DNA of 64,000 bases from an uncultured Verrucomicrobiae bacterium (lineage in GTDB: Bacteria; Verrucomicrobiota; Verrucomicrobiia; Limisphaerales; Palsa-1400). Below, in pieces: positions 50,389 to 60,906 of this stretch; position 1 is the stretch's first letter; every line of letters starts with the position of its first letter. The translations under genes were made by a program, and so were the position numbers. The stretch spans positions 800,001-864,000 of the forward strand of contig CAVXRD010000002.1 in NCBI GenBank assembly GCA_963764165.1. Direction: 5' to 3'. The notes under the pieces were generated by a model. The model had not been told where the DNA came from, did no database searches, and was given only the letters and a program-made list of their open reading frames with translations.

Positions 50389-50979
50389 ATGCTGTTTGAT
50401 TCCTTCATTTCGGGAATGCGCGGGAAGCTATTGGCGGTGACGGCCTTGATTTTCGTTTTGACGTTCACAGTGACAACCGCGGCCACGGACTCCACGCCGT
50501 CCGAATACGAGCTCAAAGCGGCGTTCATTTACAAATTCGCCAAGTTCGTCGATTGGCCCCCGGACGCTTTTTCGGCGCCGGATACTCCTCTCGTTCTCGC
50601 GGTTCTTGGCGACGATAATTCCAGCAAGGACATGGATGCGATCAACGGCCGCACGGTTGGAGCGCACCCCATTAAAATCCAGCGCGTGCGAACCGGCACA
50701 AACCTTCCGCCCTGCCAAATCCTGGTCATCTTGCGTTCCGCCCGCCAAGGCGCGCCCGCCATGCTGGAGGCGGCACGGTCACGAAACATTCTGACGGTGG
50801 GCGACGGCTTGAAGGAATTTGCCGAATCCGGCGCGATCATCAACCTCGTCAATTCGCCCGACGGAAAAATCCGCTTCGAAATTAACGTGGACGCGGCCAG
50901 GAGAGCCAATTTGAAAATTGAGTCAACGCTGCTGAACCTCGCCAAGATCATTCGCGACAACCATTCCGCAAGTCCATAA
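50389..50979 (+). CDS. YfiR-family (DUF4154) periplasmic protein
   Basis: EYELKAAFIYKFAKFVDWP and IRFEINVDAARRANLKIESTLLNLA motifs. Confidence 0.92.
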   Translation: MLFDSFISGMRGKLLAVTALIFVLTFTVTTAATDSTPSEYELKAAFIYKFAKFVDWPPDAFSAPDTPLVLAVLGDDNSSKDMDAINGRTVGAHPIKIQRVRTGTNLPPCQILVILRSARQGAPAMLEAARSRNILTVGDGLKEFAESGAIINLVNSPDGKIRFEINVDAARRANLKIESTLLNLAKIIRDNHSASP

Positions 50980-53570
50980 TGCAAGCGAATCTCTTTGCCA
51001 GGCTTTCCATCAAAAGCAAACAAATCGCGCTCCTCGTTCTGACGAGTTCGGTTGCGTTCCTGCTGGCGGCCACGGGTTTTGGCCTTTACGAATTGTTCAC
51101 GATGGAAGCCGATATGGAGTCGGAGCTGGCTGATCTTGCCCTCGACATCGGGCGCGCCAATTCCGGGCCGCTCCTCTTCAGCGATCCTGAGAAGGCGGAG
51201 GCCAATTTGCATCGTTATTTGCGCGACCACCGCGCCGTCGTGACGGCCTGCATTTATGATTCTCGGGAGCAAAAGCCTTTTGCAACCTATCCGGCGACGA
51301 ATTCCGTTCCCCCGCAATTCCCAGCCAGCTTGACCGCAAACGCCGGCCCCCGGAGTTCCTTTCAATTCTTTGCCGACAAACTGGAAGTTTTCAGCCTTGT
51401 GGTTGCGGGGGCCGACAACGGCGGGGAAGCCACCGTCGTCCCCATTTACCTCTGCTCGAGTCTCGATCCGCTTTACGCGCGCCTCGAGCATTACTGCGAA
51501 ATTGTGGTGCTGGTCTTTGCCGGTTCGATGGCGGTGGTGCTGTTGATTTCGTCGCGCTTGCAGCGGCTCGTGTCGGGACCGATTTTACATTTGCTTGACA
51601 CGACGAAGTCCTTCGGCGCCACCAAGGATTACGCCATCCGCGCCACCAAGAGCAGCAACGATGAATTGGGCGCTCTTATTGACAGCTTCAACGCGATGCT
51701 TGACCTGGTGCAGGAGCGCGATGTCGCGCTGCAAAAGGCGCGCGATGAATTGGAAAAACGCGTCGAGGAGCGGACGCTGGCGCTGAGGCAGGAAATTGGC
51801 GCCCGCATGGAAAGCGAGAAGGCGCTTCAGCAGCAATTGACGCGCATCAGCCTGCTCAACCACATCACCCACGCCATCTCCGAACGGCAGAATTTGCAGA
51901 GCGTGAATTACATCGTCCTCGATCAGTTGGAAAACCATTTGCCGGTCGATTTCGGGGCGGTGCTGCTCTTTGACGCGCGGGAGGACCGTCTGACTTGCGC
52001 GGCGGCGCGAACGCGGACCGATGGCGGCGTCAATTTTCCAAATGATCTCGTTCCGGGATCCACCTTCAATCCCGACGAACTGGGGCTGCGCGACTGCGTG
52101 CGCGGGCGGACGGTCTATCTTGGCAGTCAACCGGGCGAAACGGCGATGCGGCCGATTGCCCAGGCTGGATTTCGCTTTGCGGTGGCCAGCCCGCTGGTCG
52201 AGCAAAGCAACGCGCTCGGCATCCTCGTCTGCGCCCGCGCGAATCAGGAATTCAGCGCGGGTGAATGCGAATTTCTAAGAATGCTCAGCGAGCAAGTTGC
52301 GCTCGCCGCGCATCAAGCCGCGCTCTACACCCAGTTGCAGAAGGCTTACAACGACCTCCGCCAAACCCAGCAAAGCGTCATCGAGCAGGAACGCCTTCGC
52401 GCGCTTGGCTCCATGGCCAGCGGCATCGCGCACGACATCAACAACGCCCTTTCTCCAGTGGTCGTTTACTCGGAAATGCTCCTGCGGGATGACCACGGCC
52501 AATCCCCGGAAAATGTGAAGCGGTTCCTGCAAAATATTAAAACGTCCGGCGAAGACATCGCGCACATTGTCTCGCGAATGCGCGAATTCTACCGCCGCCG
52601 CGAGCAGGACGAAATGGTCTTCGCCTGCAACTTGAATGACCTGGCGATCCAGGTCGCTGATTTGACGCGGCCGCGCTGGCGCGACATTCCCCTCGCCCAC
52701 GGCTCTGTGGTGGAAGTCAAAACCGAACTCGAACCTTCGCTGCCGGACATCGCGGGCAACGCCAGCGAATTGCGCGAAGCCATCACGAATCTTGTCCTCA
52801 ATTCCGTCGATGCCATGCCATCGGGCGGAAGGATCCTTCTGCGCACGGCGACAGTTCTCCGCGAACCCTTCAAGGGCGAATCGGGCGCGCCGAGCCAGTT
52901 GATGATCGAAGTGCGCGACACCGGCATCGGGATGGACGAGGAAACGCGCCGGCGCTGCCTGGAGCCGTTTTTCACCACCAAAGGCAAGCGCGGAACCGGA
53001 TTGGGCCTGGCCATGGTTTACGGCGTGGCGGAACGTCACGAAGCGCGCATTGAAATTGAGAGCGCTCCCGGCAAAGGGACTTCGGTAAAGATGTTTTTCC
53101 CGGTGGCGCGCATCGCTCCCGCCCGGCCGGGCGTTCCCGGCCCGCTGCGCATCCAGGCCAGGCGGCTGCGCATTCTATGCGTCGACGATGAGCCGATGCT
53201 GCGGATGATGCTGAAGGAACTTCTGGAACTGGAAGGGCACGATGTCGAATTGGCTGATAACGGTGAAACTGGCGCCGCTGCATTCATGGAAGCCCGCGCT
53301 AAAAGCCCTTTTGACGTTGTCATCACCGATCTCGGCATGCCGCACATTGATGGCCGCCAGCTTGCCATCATCCTTAAGAAAGCCGCGCCCGAAACTCCGG
53401 TCATCATGCTGACGGGATGGGGCACCATGATGAAATCCGACGGTGATTTGCCCGCCCAGGTCGATTGGGTCTTGAGCAAACCGCCGCTCATTGACGAACT
53501 GCGCGAGGCGCTGCGACAGGTCATGCAGCGCGCGGTGTCAACATCACAGGGAGACAGAAAACCATCCTGA
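50979..53570 (+). CDS. Membrane hybrid histidine kinase (periplasmic sensor-HAMP-GAF-HisKA-HATPase-REC)
   Basis: Two TM segments, DELGALIDSFNAML HAMP, GAF region, GIAHDINN, FFTTKG and ILCVDDE motifs. Confidence 0.93.
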   Translation: MQANLFARLSIKSKQIALLVLTSSVAFLLAATGFGLYELFTMEADMESELADLALDIGRANSGPLLFSDPEKAEANLHRYLRDHRAVVTACIYDSREQKPFATYPATNSVPPQFPASLTANAGPRSSFQFFADKLEVFSLVVAGADNGGEATVVPIYLCSSLDPLYARLEHYCEIVVLVFAGSMAVVLLISSRLQRLVSGPILHLLDTTKSFGATKDYAIRATKSSNDELGALIDSFNAMLDLVQERDVALQKARDELEKRVEERTLALRQEIGARMESEKALQQQLTRISLLNHITHAISERQNLQSVNYIVLDQLENHLPVDFGAVLLFDAREDRLTCAAARTRTDGGVNFPNDLVPGSTFNPDELGLRDCVRGRTVYLGSQPGETAMRPIAQAGFRFAVASPLVEQSNALGILVCARANQEFSAGECEFLRMLSEQVALAAHQAALYTQLQKAYNDLRQTQQSVIEQERLRALGSMASGIAHDINNALSPVVVYSEMLLRDDHGQSPENVKRFLQNIKTSGEDIAHIVSRMREFYRRREQDEMVFACNLNDLAIQVADLTRPRWRDIPLAHGSVVEVKTELEPSLPDIAGNASELREAITNLVLNSVDAMPSGGRILLRTATVLREPFKGESGAPSQLMIEVRDTGIGMDEETRRRCLEPFFTTKGKRGTGLGLAMVYGVAERHEARIEIESAPGKGTSVKMFFPVARIAPARPGVPGPLRIQARRLRILCVDDEPMLRMMLKELLELEGHDVELADNGETGAAAFMEARAKSPFDVVITDLGMPHIDGRQLAIILKKAAPETPVIMLTGWGTMMKSDGDLPAQVDWVLSKPPLIDELREALRQVMQRAVSTSQGDRKPS

Positions 53571-53599
53571 TAATTGCAATCCACCTAGCCCGCCTCTTA

Positions 53600-53701
53600 A
53601 AGGTAGCAACGCCTCGCCGAGGCGTCCGGGGACTTTCACAAATCCGAACGTGTTCGAAAAACGCCATAGCCTCGGACGCCTCGGCGGGGCGGCCCTGCCT
53701 T
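53600..53701. repeat. GTAG-type REP doublet between convergent genes
   Basis: aaggtagcaacgcctcgccgaggcgtccgggg (53600-53631) versus cctcggacgcctcggcggggcggccctgcctt (53670-53701). Confidence 0.75.
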
Positions 53702-53725
53702 GAAATCTAGGCGCGCTGCCTCTCG

Positions 53726-56572
53726 TTATGGCAAGCCAAGCCGGAAAAAGACGGCGGGCTGGGCCTGGATATTCGTCTCGATAAAGATGCCGGTGCCGAC
53801 GGAAGTCGCCGCGTTGGTGGCGATGGTTTGCCAAATCACGGGCGGGCTCAGGTTTGTCGTGGATTGCAGCACGTAGTTTGTCCCCGGCCCTCCGGTGAAT
53901 TGGACGATGAGGGTGTTCGTGTTAAATAGTGTCAGGGTCAGCGGCGCGAGCGGCGGCGGCGGTGGGGGCGGCGGCATCAGGACCGTTACGTCGATCACCG
54001 CGCTGGTCACACTCCCAAACGGCCCTGTCACCACTAAATCGTAGGCTCCCGCTTCGTTGGTTGTCAGTGGCGCGAGTGGCAGACTTGGGCCGAAGGCCGG
54101 GATTTCACGGATGCGGCTGTCGCCTGTGTCCGCAATGTAAAGGCTGCCGAACATGTCCGCCGCAACGCCGTAAACGTTGCGCAATCGCGAATTCGTCGCG
54201 GGACCGCCGTCGCCCGAGTACCCGAAACCCGCATTGCCCGCCACGGTTGAAATGATTCCGCTTGGCGTCACTTCGCGGACGTGCTCCGTGCCGTCAGCGA
54301 TATACAAATTGCCTAGGCCGTCGGCGGAAATCGACTGTGGCGCTTCGAAGAAGGCGTTCGTCGCCGCTGCTCCATCCCCGTAATAACCGGCCGCGCCATG
54401 GCCAGCCACCGTCAGAACGACACCGTCGGGTGAAATTCGGCGGACGCGGATGTTTCCGGCATCCGCGACAAAAAGATTTCCCAGCACATCCAAAGCGACG
54501 TCCGACGGATGCGAAAAGCTGGCGGCCAGCGCCGGTCCGCCATCGCCGAAGTAGCCGTTGGTGCCTGTGCCGGCAATGGTGGTAATGATTCCGTTCGTGC
54601 CGACTTTGCGAATCCGGTTGTTGCCCATGTCGGCGATGAAGACGTTGCCAGATTGATCAATCGCCAAGCCACTCGGGTCGGCGAGATCCGCGTTTGTCGC
54701 AGCGCCACCGTCGCCGAAAAAGCCGTTTGTTCCGTCACCTGCGAATGTTGAGATGACACCGTTGGTGCTGACCACGCGGACGCGGTCGTTGGCCTCATCC
54801 GCAATATAAATATTGCCAGCGGGATCGATCGCCACAGCAGCGGGATTGAAAAGGCTGGCATTCGTGGCGGGGCCGCCGTCGCCGGAAAATCCACCGTCGC
54901 CGTTGCCCGCAATCGTCGTGATTATTCCTGCGGAGTCCACTTTCCGAATCCGGTTATTGGCGGAATCGGCGATGTAGAAATTTCCCATTTGATCGACGGC
55001 AACGGAACCGGCGTAAATCTCCGCGTTGGTGGCGAGGCCGCCGTCGCCTGATTCGCCATTGGTTCCATTCCCTGCCACGGTAATAATTGGAACTGGGATG
55101 TTGCTGCCATTCAGTTGCCATTGAAATTGCAGCGGCCCCATGTTGCTGATCGAGACGCTCAATAGCACGTTGCTGCCCGCAAAATTGGTCACGCTTTCCG
55201 ATTCTCCAAGAAGCACCGGCGGTGTTCCAAGCAGCAAAAATGCATCCGCGCTGGTCACTTTGCCATACGGGCTGGTCACGACCACATCATAGGCGCCGAC
55301 ATTGGATGGCGAGGCATTCGAGATTGAAAATGCCGGGCCTTGCGCCACCACTTCGCGGACACGCGAATTGCCAGCGTCCGCGATGAAAATATCACCGCGG
55401 GAATCAACCGCGGCGTCCATGGGCGCGCTTAATTCCGCCAGCGCGGCGGGTCCGCCGTCGCCAAAATCGCCATTCGTTCCAACACCCACCGCCGTTGTCA
55501 GCAAGCCGGTCGGCGAAAGTTTCAAAACGCATTCGTTTGAGGCATCAGCGATGTAAAGACGGCCGACCGCATCCAGAGCCAGCCCTTCCGGCAAACCGAG
55601 AGCCGCGTTTGTGGCGGCGATTCCATTGGTAATCGGCCCGTTTGTTCCGGTTCCGGCAATTGTCGAAATGACTCCATTCGTGCCGACTTTTCGGACGCGA
55701 TAGTTCTGTGTGTCCGAAATGTAAAGATTGCCAACTGAATCCACGGCCAGCCCGCCCGGGTGCGATAGGTTCGCATTGGTCGCCGGGCCGCCATCGCCGA
55801 AAAAGCCGTTTGTTCCCGTGCCCGCCACCGTTGAAATGATGCCGTTGGTGCCAATTTTGCGAATGCGGTTGTTGAACGAATCCGCCACGTAAAGGGCGTT
55901 CGACGGGCCGATCACGACTGCCGTCGGATAGTAGAGCGCAGCGTTGGTCGCTTTGCCGCCGTCGCCGGAAAATCCGCTCGTGTTTGTTCCCGCGACTGTT
56001 GAAATGATGCCGTTTACCGCCACTTTCCGAATGCGGGAGTTTGTGTAATCCGCGATGAAAAGATTTCCCGACGAGTCAACCGTTACGAAGGCGGGATTTA
56101 CAGCCGTGTTCGTCGCCTGGACGCCGTCGCCGCTGTAATTCGTTTTGCCATTGCCGGCCACGGTGGTGATGATGCCGTTTGTGCCGACCTTGCGGACGAC
56201 TTCGTCGGCAAAATCGGCGATGAACAAATTATTCGAGGCGTCCACCGCAACGCCCCGGGGAAAGCTGAGCGCCGCGTTCGTTGCGGGGGAGCCGTTGCCT
56301 GAATAGCCGTTGGAGCCGTTTCCGGCCCCAGTGAAAATCAATGCCGGAATATTGGAGCCATTGAATTGCCATTGATAGTAAAACGGCCCGATTCCAGCGG
56401 CGGCGACCGTAAAAGTGCCGTTGGAGCCCGGCAGCAACGCCAGATCGGCGGGCTGCTGAATGATGGTGACCGGCGTTTGAGCGAGCACAACGGCGGGGAA
56501 AAGGGGAGCCATGGCCGCGAGAGCGGCCGTAAATAGAAGAGAATTCCTCCTGCAGTATCGTTTCGTTTCCAT
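53726..56572 (-). CDS. Secreted NHL-repeat protein with Ig-like domains
   Basis: Two blocks of GDGGPATNA...P.GLAVD..GNLYIAD repeats, each flanked by YQWQFNG and GAYDVVVT Ig motifs; poly-Pro linker; C-terminal FFRL domain. Confidence 0.92.
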   Translation of the reverse strand: METKRYCRRNSLLFTAALAAMAPLFPAVVLAQTPVTIIQQPADLALLPGSNGTFTVAAAGIGPFYYQWQFNGSNIPALIFTGAGNGSNGYSGNGSPATNAALSFPRGVAVDASNNLFIADFADEVVRKVGTNGIITTVAGNGKTNYSGDGVQATNTAVNPAFVTVDSSGNLFIADYTNSRIRKVAVNGIISTVAGTNTSGFSGDGGKATNAALYYPTAVVIGPSNALYVADSFNNRIRKIGTNGIISTVAGTGTNGFFGDGGPATNANLSHPGGLAVDSVGNLYISDTQNYRVRKVGTNGVISTIAGTGTNGPITNGIAATNAALGLPEGLALDAVGRLYIADASNECVLKLSPTGLLTTAVGVGTNGDFGDGGPAALAELSAPMDAAVDSRGDIFIADAGNSRVREVVAQGPAFSISNASPSNVGAYDVVVTSPYGKVTSADAFLLLGTPPVLLGESESVTNFAGSNVLLSVSISNMGPLQFQWQLNGSNIPVPIITVAGNGTNGESGDGGLATNAEIYAGSVAVDQMGNFYIADSANNRIRKVDSAGIITTIAGNGDGGFSGDGGPATNASLFNPAAVAIDPAGNIYIADEANDRVRVVSTNGVISTFAGDGTNGFFGDGGAATNADLADPSGLAIDQSGNVFIADMGNNRIRKVGTNGIITTIAGTGTNGYFGDGGPALAASFSHPSDVALDVLGNLFVADAGNIRVRRISPDGVVLTVAGHGAAGYYGDGAAATNAFFEAPQSISADGLGNLYIADGTEHVREVTPSGIISTVAGNAGFGYSGDGGPATNSRLRNVYGVAADMFGSLYIADTGDSRIREIPAFGPSLPLAPLTTNEAGAYDLVVTGPFGSVTSAVIDVTVLMPPPPPPPPLAPLTLTLFNTNTLIVQFTGGPGTNYVLQSTTNLSPPVIWQTIATNAATSVGTGIFIETNIQAQPAVFFRLGLP

Positions 56573-56723
56573 AACTTTTTGACGTCACTTCGCCCTTTTT
56601 CCTGAAAGCGCGACCATACCTCCTGCTTTTAAAGCGCAAATTTAGACGATGGGAATGTTGTAACAGACCCCGTAAAATTGTCAACCGGGCAGCGAGAATG
56701 GAAAGCTGGCAGGGCGAGACCGC

Positions 56724-56780
56724 AAAAAAGGGTTTTGGCCGGCTCCGACTTTCGTCGAAACCGGCCAATCGCAAAACCCG
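56724..56780 (-). terminator. Probable intrinsic terminator of the LamG protein gene
   Basis: Minus strand reads gggtttt...ttggccggtttcgac-gaaa-gtcggagccggccaaaaccc followed by ttttt. Confidence 0.6.
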
Positions 56781-56823
56781 CATCGATTTACAATCGATAC
56801 AAAACTGACTTCAGACGCTCCAG

Positions 56824-59800
56824 TTAAGGCTGGAGTCGATAGAACGTGCTCGGGCTTCCCGGTGGCACTGTATACAGATTCATGCCACTCGAATTGGTGG
56901 TAATAGACGGTGTGGGTACAATGTTCCAGACCGTTGCCGCCAAGTTCGTTGTAGATTGCAACTCAGCCCCACCGACCCCTGCTGGCCAAGTAATCTGCGT
57001 GACGCCGTTGCTTTTGGCGATCGAGAGGGTTACGATCGGCGTGTAGGAGAAGTCGCTCACGGTGAACAGGTCACCTGCTGGATAGTAATAGAATCCGGCG
57101 GGTTCAAGGAATATGCTTGTTCCGCAAGTGAAGCCCATATAGGCCGTCGTCTTGCCACCGACTGCGCTCTGCACGAAGTCCGGACCGACATTTGTTTCAT
57201 AAGTGGCAGTGATGCCAGTCACTTCGTTGCTATACGAAATGGTCATATTGGTTCCGTAATATGTGATCCAGATGTCCTGCGGATCCCCGCCGCTTCCCAT
57301 GTCACCCAAGGCGAACTGGGGAGAAGCGTTCGTGTCGTCCGTCGGTCCGATTCCGGTGGGTGAAGCAGGAGCCGCGAGGCCATTGGTCTGAATACCAGCC
57401 ATGTCACTGCCCATATCGAGTTCGAACTCGAAGCTGTTGGTGATCTGAACCAAGCTGGTCCAGTAGTTCACGCCCAAGGCTTCTCCGCAATCACCGCAAG
57501 CGTTCACTCCCAATGCATCGTTTTGGAACACGAAGGAGACGCCACCGACGTTATTGTTGATGTCCTCAAACACGTAGTGGACCTGGAAGCCTCCGACATA
57601 ATACTTTTGATTGAACCAGTAAGCGGTCGCCTCAATTTCGTTCGCGGTCGACAGTTGCAACACATTGTTGGAAATGGTCGGTGTAAAATACACGCCGCCA
57701 AATGGTGTCGATATAGCGCGAGCATTGCCGACGCCTGTATCCCCGGTGCTCGAATCCCGGAACTGAGGTTCGGTATCCACCACAACCGATCCAGACTCAC
57801 TGGAGACCCCGAACGAGTTGCTGGCATAATACGTGTAAGTGCCAGCGCTTTGCACTTGAACATTGGAAATGGTCAATGTAGCCGTCGATGAGCCACTGAT
57901 GACCGCGCCGCTGGAAAGGGCGCCGTCGGTCAGTTTGACACCGTTTGCATACCACGCGTTCGTGATCGGCGTCGGGCCGACTACGCCCACTGCCATTGTA
58001 AGCGTGGTTCCAACGTAGACGTAGACCGGGTTGGGCAACGGATTGTTGAGCACCGGTTTGTCGGTCGCCGTGAAGACGGTAGGCGTGCTCGTCACCACTC
58101 CATAGGAGTTGGAAACAACAAGCACATAAGTGGCCGAATCTCCCGCCGTTGGGCTGGTGATCGTCAATGTGCTGGTGGTTGTGCCGGAGAACTCGGAACC
58201 GCTCAACGGTGTTGCACCGCCGTTGGTGGACCAGTAGTAGGAGAGGGTCGGGCTCCCTTTGACCGTGGCCGAGATGTTCGTGGTCGAGCCCAGCGGAACG
58301 ATCTCGGTGGACGGCGGTTCGGTCACGAAGTAAGGCTTGACGCCCGCTGCGTAGTAGAGCGACTGCACTTGCGCCGCCGAGAGGCCATAGTTGAAAATAG
58401 CGACTTCCGCGATGTTGCCATCGAAGGCGCGATTCGTATAGTCCGGTGCTTCACCGATGGTGAAGTCCGAGAAGTTGACACCAGCGGCGACCCCGGAGTT
58501 GGCCTGGCTGTTGTTCTCGGCGCCGTCAATGTAAAGGGTTTCCTTAGATCCGTCGTAAGTTCCGACGACGAAGTGCCATTTGCCGTCGTTCAAGTCACCG
58601 GCAGGCGGCACGCCATCAAGATCATTGCCGCTGCCCGCGAGATCGTCGCCAAAATGCACCAAGTCAGAAGCAGTGCCATCGACGTCGATTCTGTACGATT
58701 CATCGCCACGCCCAGCAACCGTTTCAAAGCGGCCATCGCTCGGCTTGGCCTGAAGCCACAACGCCAGGGTGACGGGCCCAACGTCATTGAGCAAGTTATT
58801 CGGATCCGGGACATCAACGAAACCAGCCAGACCAACGCCGCCATTGCCATCCGCAACATAATTGGTGGAATTGAACGCCGTCGCCTTCGAAGAAGGGAAG
58901 CCGGGGAAGCTTGGGCCAGCCACCGCGCCAGGATGAGTGCCGGGCAAATAGTATCCATTGTCGCTGAAACCCGCCGAACCGTAATTCGTCGCGACTGGAT
59001 CGTTGGTTTCGGGCAAATTATAGTTTGTGCCCGGTGTATTCGTTTCGTTCAGCGGCCAGTAGCCAATTGGCCCGAGAGCCGTGACAGCCGCGAAGTAGGT
59101 GCCGGGGAGGGAAGGAACGACATCGAGCGTGGCCGTGGCGCTGGTTGTCTGCTGTGGCGTTGCTTCGCTATCGGTCACTACCACATAGTAGCCACCGTCG
59201 GAATTTGTCGTGACATCGGTCAGGGTCAGCGTGGGGCCAGTGCTCAGCGCCCCATTTGGCCCGTACCATTGGTAGCTCAACGTTCCGTAACCCTGAGCCG
59301 CCACTGAGAAGGTCACCGTCTCACCATTGGTTGCATTGAGGCTGACAGGCTGCGTGGTGATGATCGGGGCCACTCCCGTTACTCCTGAAGCGAAGTAAAG
59401 GTTGATGATCTGATTCTGGCTCAGCGAGTTGGTGAAAAGCGCCACTTGGCAGAGGCTGCCGCCATCAAAATTGCGACCGACATAATCGGGTGCCGCGCCG
59501 AGGTCGAGGACGTTGGTATTAAACGTATTGGCGGTGTTGCCGCTGGATTGGGCCACAACGGCACCGTCAATGTAGAAGCTTACCACATTAGAGCCATCCC
59601 AAGTGCCGACCCAGTAGTGCCAGCCGCCGTCGCTTAGAGCATTAGGATCGGTGAGGTCACCGAAGCCACCCGGATTCCAGTGAGGATTCTCGGTCGTGTC
59701 AACGTCAAAACGATACGACGAATCACCTTTGCCCAATACTGTTGAGAAAGCTGTCGGGGTGTAGGGAACCAAAACCCATGCTGAAACCGTAAGAGGAGTA

Positions 59801-60906
59801 TTGGCCGTCATTCCAATCGGCAGAGACGCCGCGCCAGGATCGAGAACAGTGGCGCCGTTCAAGCTCGCTGTCCCGCCCGGGAACTGCACAGCATAGCTGC
59901 TGGCACCGAAGCCGGCAAAAGCAGGACCCGCCGTTCCAGGCGTGGTTCCAGGTTGATACGATGCATTGGCGACTGATCCCGCAGTGCCGTAGTTGGTGGC
60001 AACCGGGAGAACGCCATCATCCAGCTTGAAATAAAGCTGGGGCGCATCCGCAGTCACGAGGGAGGAATAAGCTCCAGCGGCGCCACTGATGGCGGCCGCA
60101 TACTTATTGGAGATATCCGTCGCGGACAGAACCGTCGGATACAGAGCGACTTCGTCGAACGATCCAGGGTAGAAGAAAAACGAGCTGTCGCTGCGGCCAC
60201 CGATCCACAACGGGCCAGCCGTGCTGGGCGCGTATTCTGGATGCGATGCGTTTCTCGTGGAACTTGCATTGCCGGAAACCGCCACACCGTTCACGTAACC
60301 TTGCGCGGTTGCGGTGGTGCCGTTGTCCGAGAAGGTCAGCACAACATAATACCAAGTGTTGGCAAGAATGTGCCCGCCAGGAACAGGAATGTTGTAATTT
60401 ATCGCCGTGGCGGTGCCATTGCCATTGTAGGTGCGGAAATTAAAGCTGCCCACTTCGTTGCCGTCTGTATAAAAAAGCCAGCCGTGGCGGGGGCTTGCGG
60501 GATCGACGCAGTTAATAATGCAATCTTCTCCCGGATCCTGGTTCAACGAGTTGAACCAGAACTCGACCGTGAAATTGGTGTTGCCTGCGTATGCTGTGTC
60601 ATACGGGACCGTGATCGTGGCTTCGTCAACCGCAATGTAGGCCGCCTTGTCGCCTCCCGTGATCGCGCCCGGAGCTCCAGGATAGGCGCCTTGGTTGTAA
60701 GTGCCGTCGTCGGCAGAGCCCAAGGTCCCCAAATTATTTGCGGTCAATGAACCCGGCGGTTGAGCGGTTTCGTTCAACGGCAGGTAAAGAACCGGGTGAA
60801 GATTGGTGACGGCGGAATAATAAGCACCCGTTTGGGCTTGCATCGCCGTCGTGCCCGCAAGGGCAGCGAGGGCGGTGATTGAAGTTACAAGTAGATTTTT
60901 GCGCAT
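56824..60906 (-). CDS. Large secreted LamG (ConA-like) x3 + Ig-like + lectin-like surface protein
   Basis: Signal peptide, repeated YWPLNE / WHFVVGTYDG / EVAIFN motifs, TLSYQWY Ig motifs, C-terminal FYRL. Start MRKNLL at 60906. Confidence 0.9.
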   Translation of the reverse strand: MRKNLLVTSITALAALAGTTAMQAQTGAYYSAVTNLHPVLYLPLNETAQPPGSLTANNLGTLGSADDGTYNQGAYPGAPGAITGGDKAAYIAVDEATITVPYDTAYAGNTNFTVEFWFNSLNQDPGEDCIINCVDPASPRHGWLFYTDGNEVGSFNFRTYNGNGTATAINYNIPVPGGHILANTWYYVVLTFSDNGTTATAQGYVNGVAVSGNASSTRNASHPEYAPSTAGPLWIGGRSDSSFFFYPGSFDEVALYPTVLSATDISNKYAAAISGAAGAYSSLVTADAPQLYFKLDDGVLPVATNYGTAGSVANASYQPGTTPGTAGPAFAGFGASSYAVQFPGGTASLNGATVLDPGAASLPIGMTANTPLTVSAWVLVPYTPTAFSTVLGKGDSSYRFDVDTTENPHWNPGGFGDLTDPNALSDGGWHYWVGTWDGSNVVSFYIDGAVVAQSSGNTANTFNTNVLDLGAAPDYVGRNFDGGSLCQVALFTNSLSQNQIINLYFASGVTGVAPIITTQPVSLNATNGETVTFSVAAQGYGTLSYQWYGPNGALSTGPTLTLTDVTTNSDGGYYVVVTDSEATPQQTTSATATLDVVPSLPGTYFAAVTALGPIGYWPLNETNTPGTNYNLPETNDPVATNYGSAGFSDNGYYLPGTHPGAVAGPSFPGFPSSKATAFNSTNYVADGNGGVGLAGFVDVPDPNNLLNDVGPVTLALWLQAKPSDGRFETVAGRGDESYRIDVDGTASDLVHFGDDLAGSGNDLDGVPPAGDLNDGKWHFVVGTYDGSKETLYIDGAENNSQANSGVAAGVNFSDFTIGEAPDYTNRAFDGNIAEVAIFNYGLSAAQVQSLYYAAGVKPYFVTEPPSTEIVPLGSTTNISATVKGSPTLSYYWSTNGGATPLSGSEFSGTTTSTLTITSPTAGDSATYVLVVSNSYGVVTSTPTVFTATDKPVLNNPLPNPVYVYVGTTLTMAVGVVGPTPITNAWYANGVKLTDGALSSGAVISGSSTATLTISNVQVQSAGTYTYYASNSFGVSSESGSVVVDTEPQFRDSSTGDTGVGNARAISTPFGGVYFTPTISNNVLQLSTANEIEATAYWFNQKYYVGGFQVHYVFEDINNNVGGVSFVFQNDALGVNACGDCGEALGVNYWTSLVQITNSFEFELDMGSDMAGIQTNGLAAPASPTGIGPTDDTNASPQFALGDMGSGGDPQDIWITYYGTNMTISYSNEVTGITATYETNVGPDFVQSAVGGKTTAYMGFTCGTSIFLEPAGFYYYPAGDLFTVSDFSYTPIVTLSIAKSNGVTQITWPAGVGGAELQSTTNLAATVWNIVPTPSITTNSSGMNLYTVPPGSPSTFYRLQP

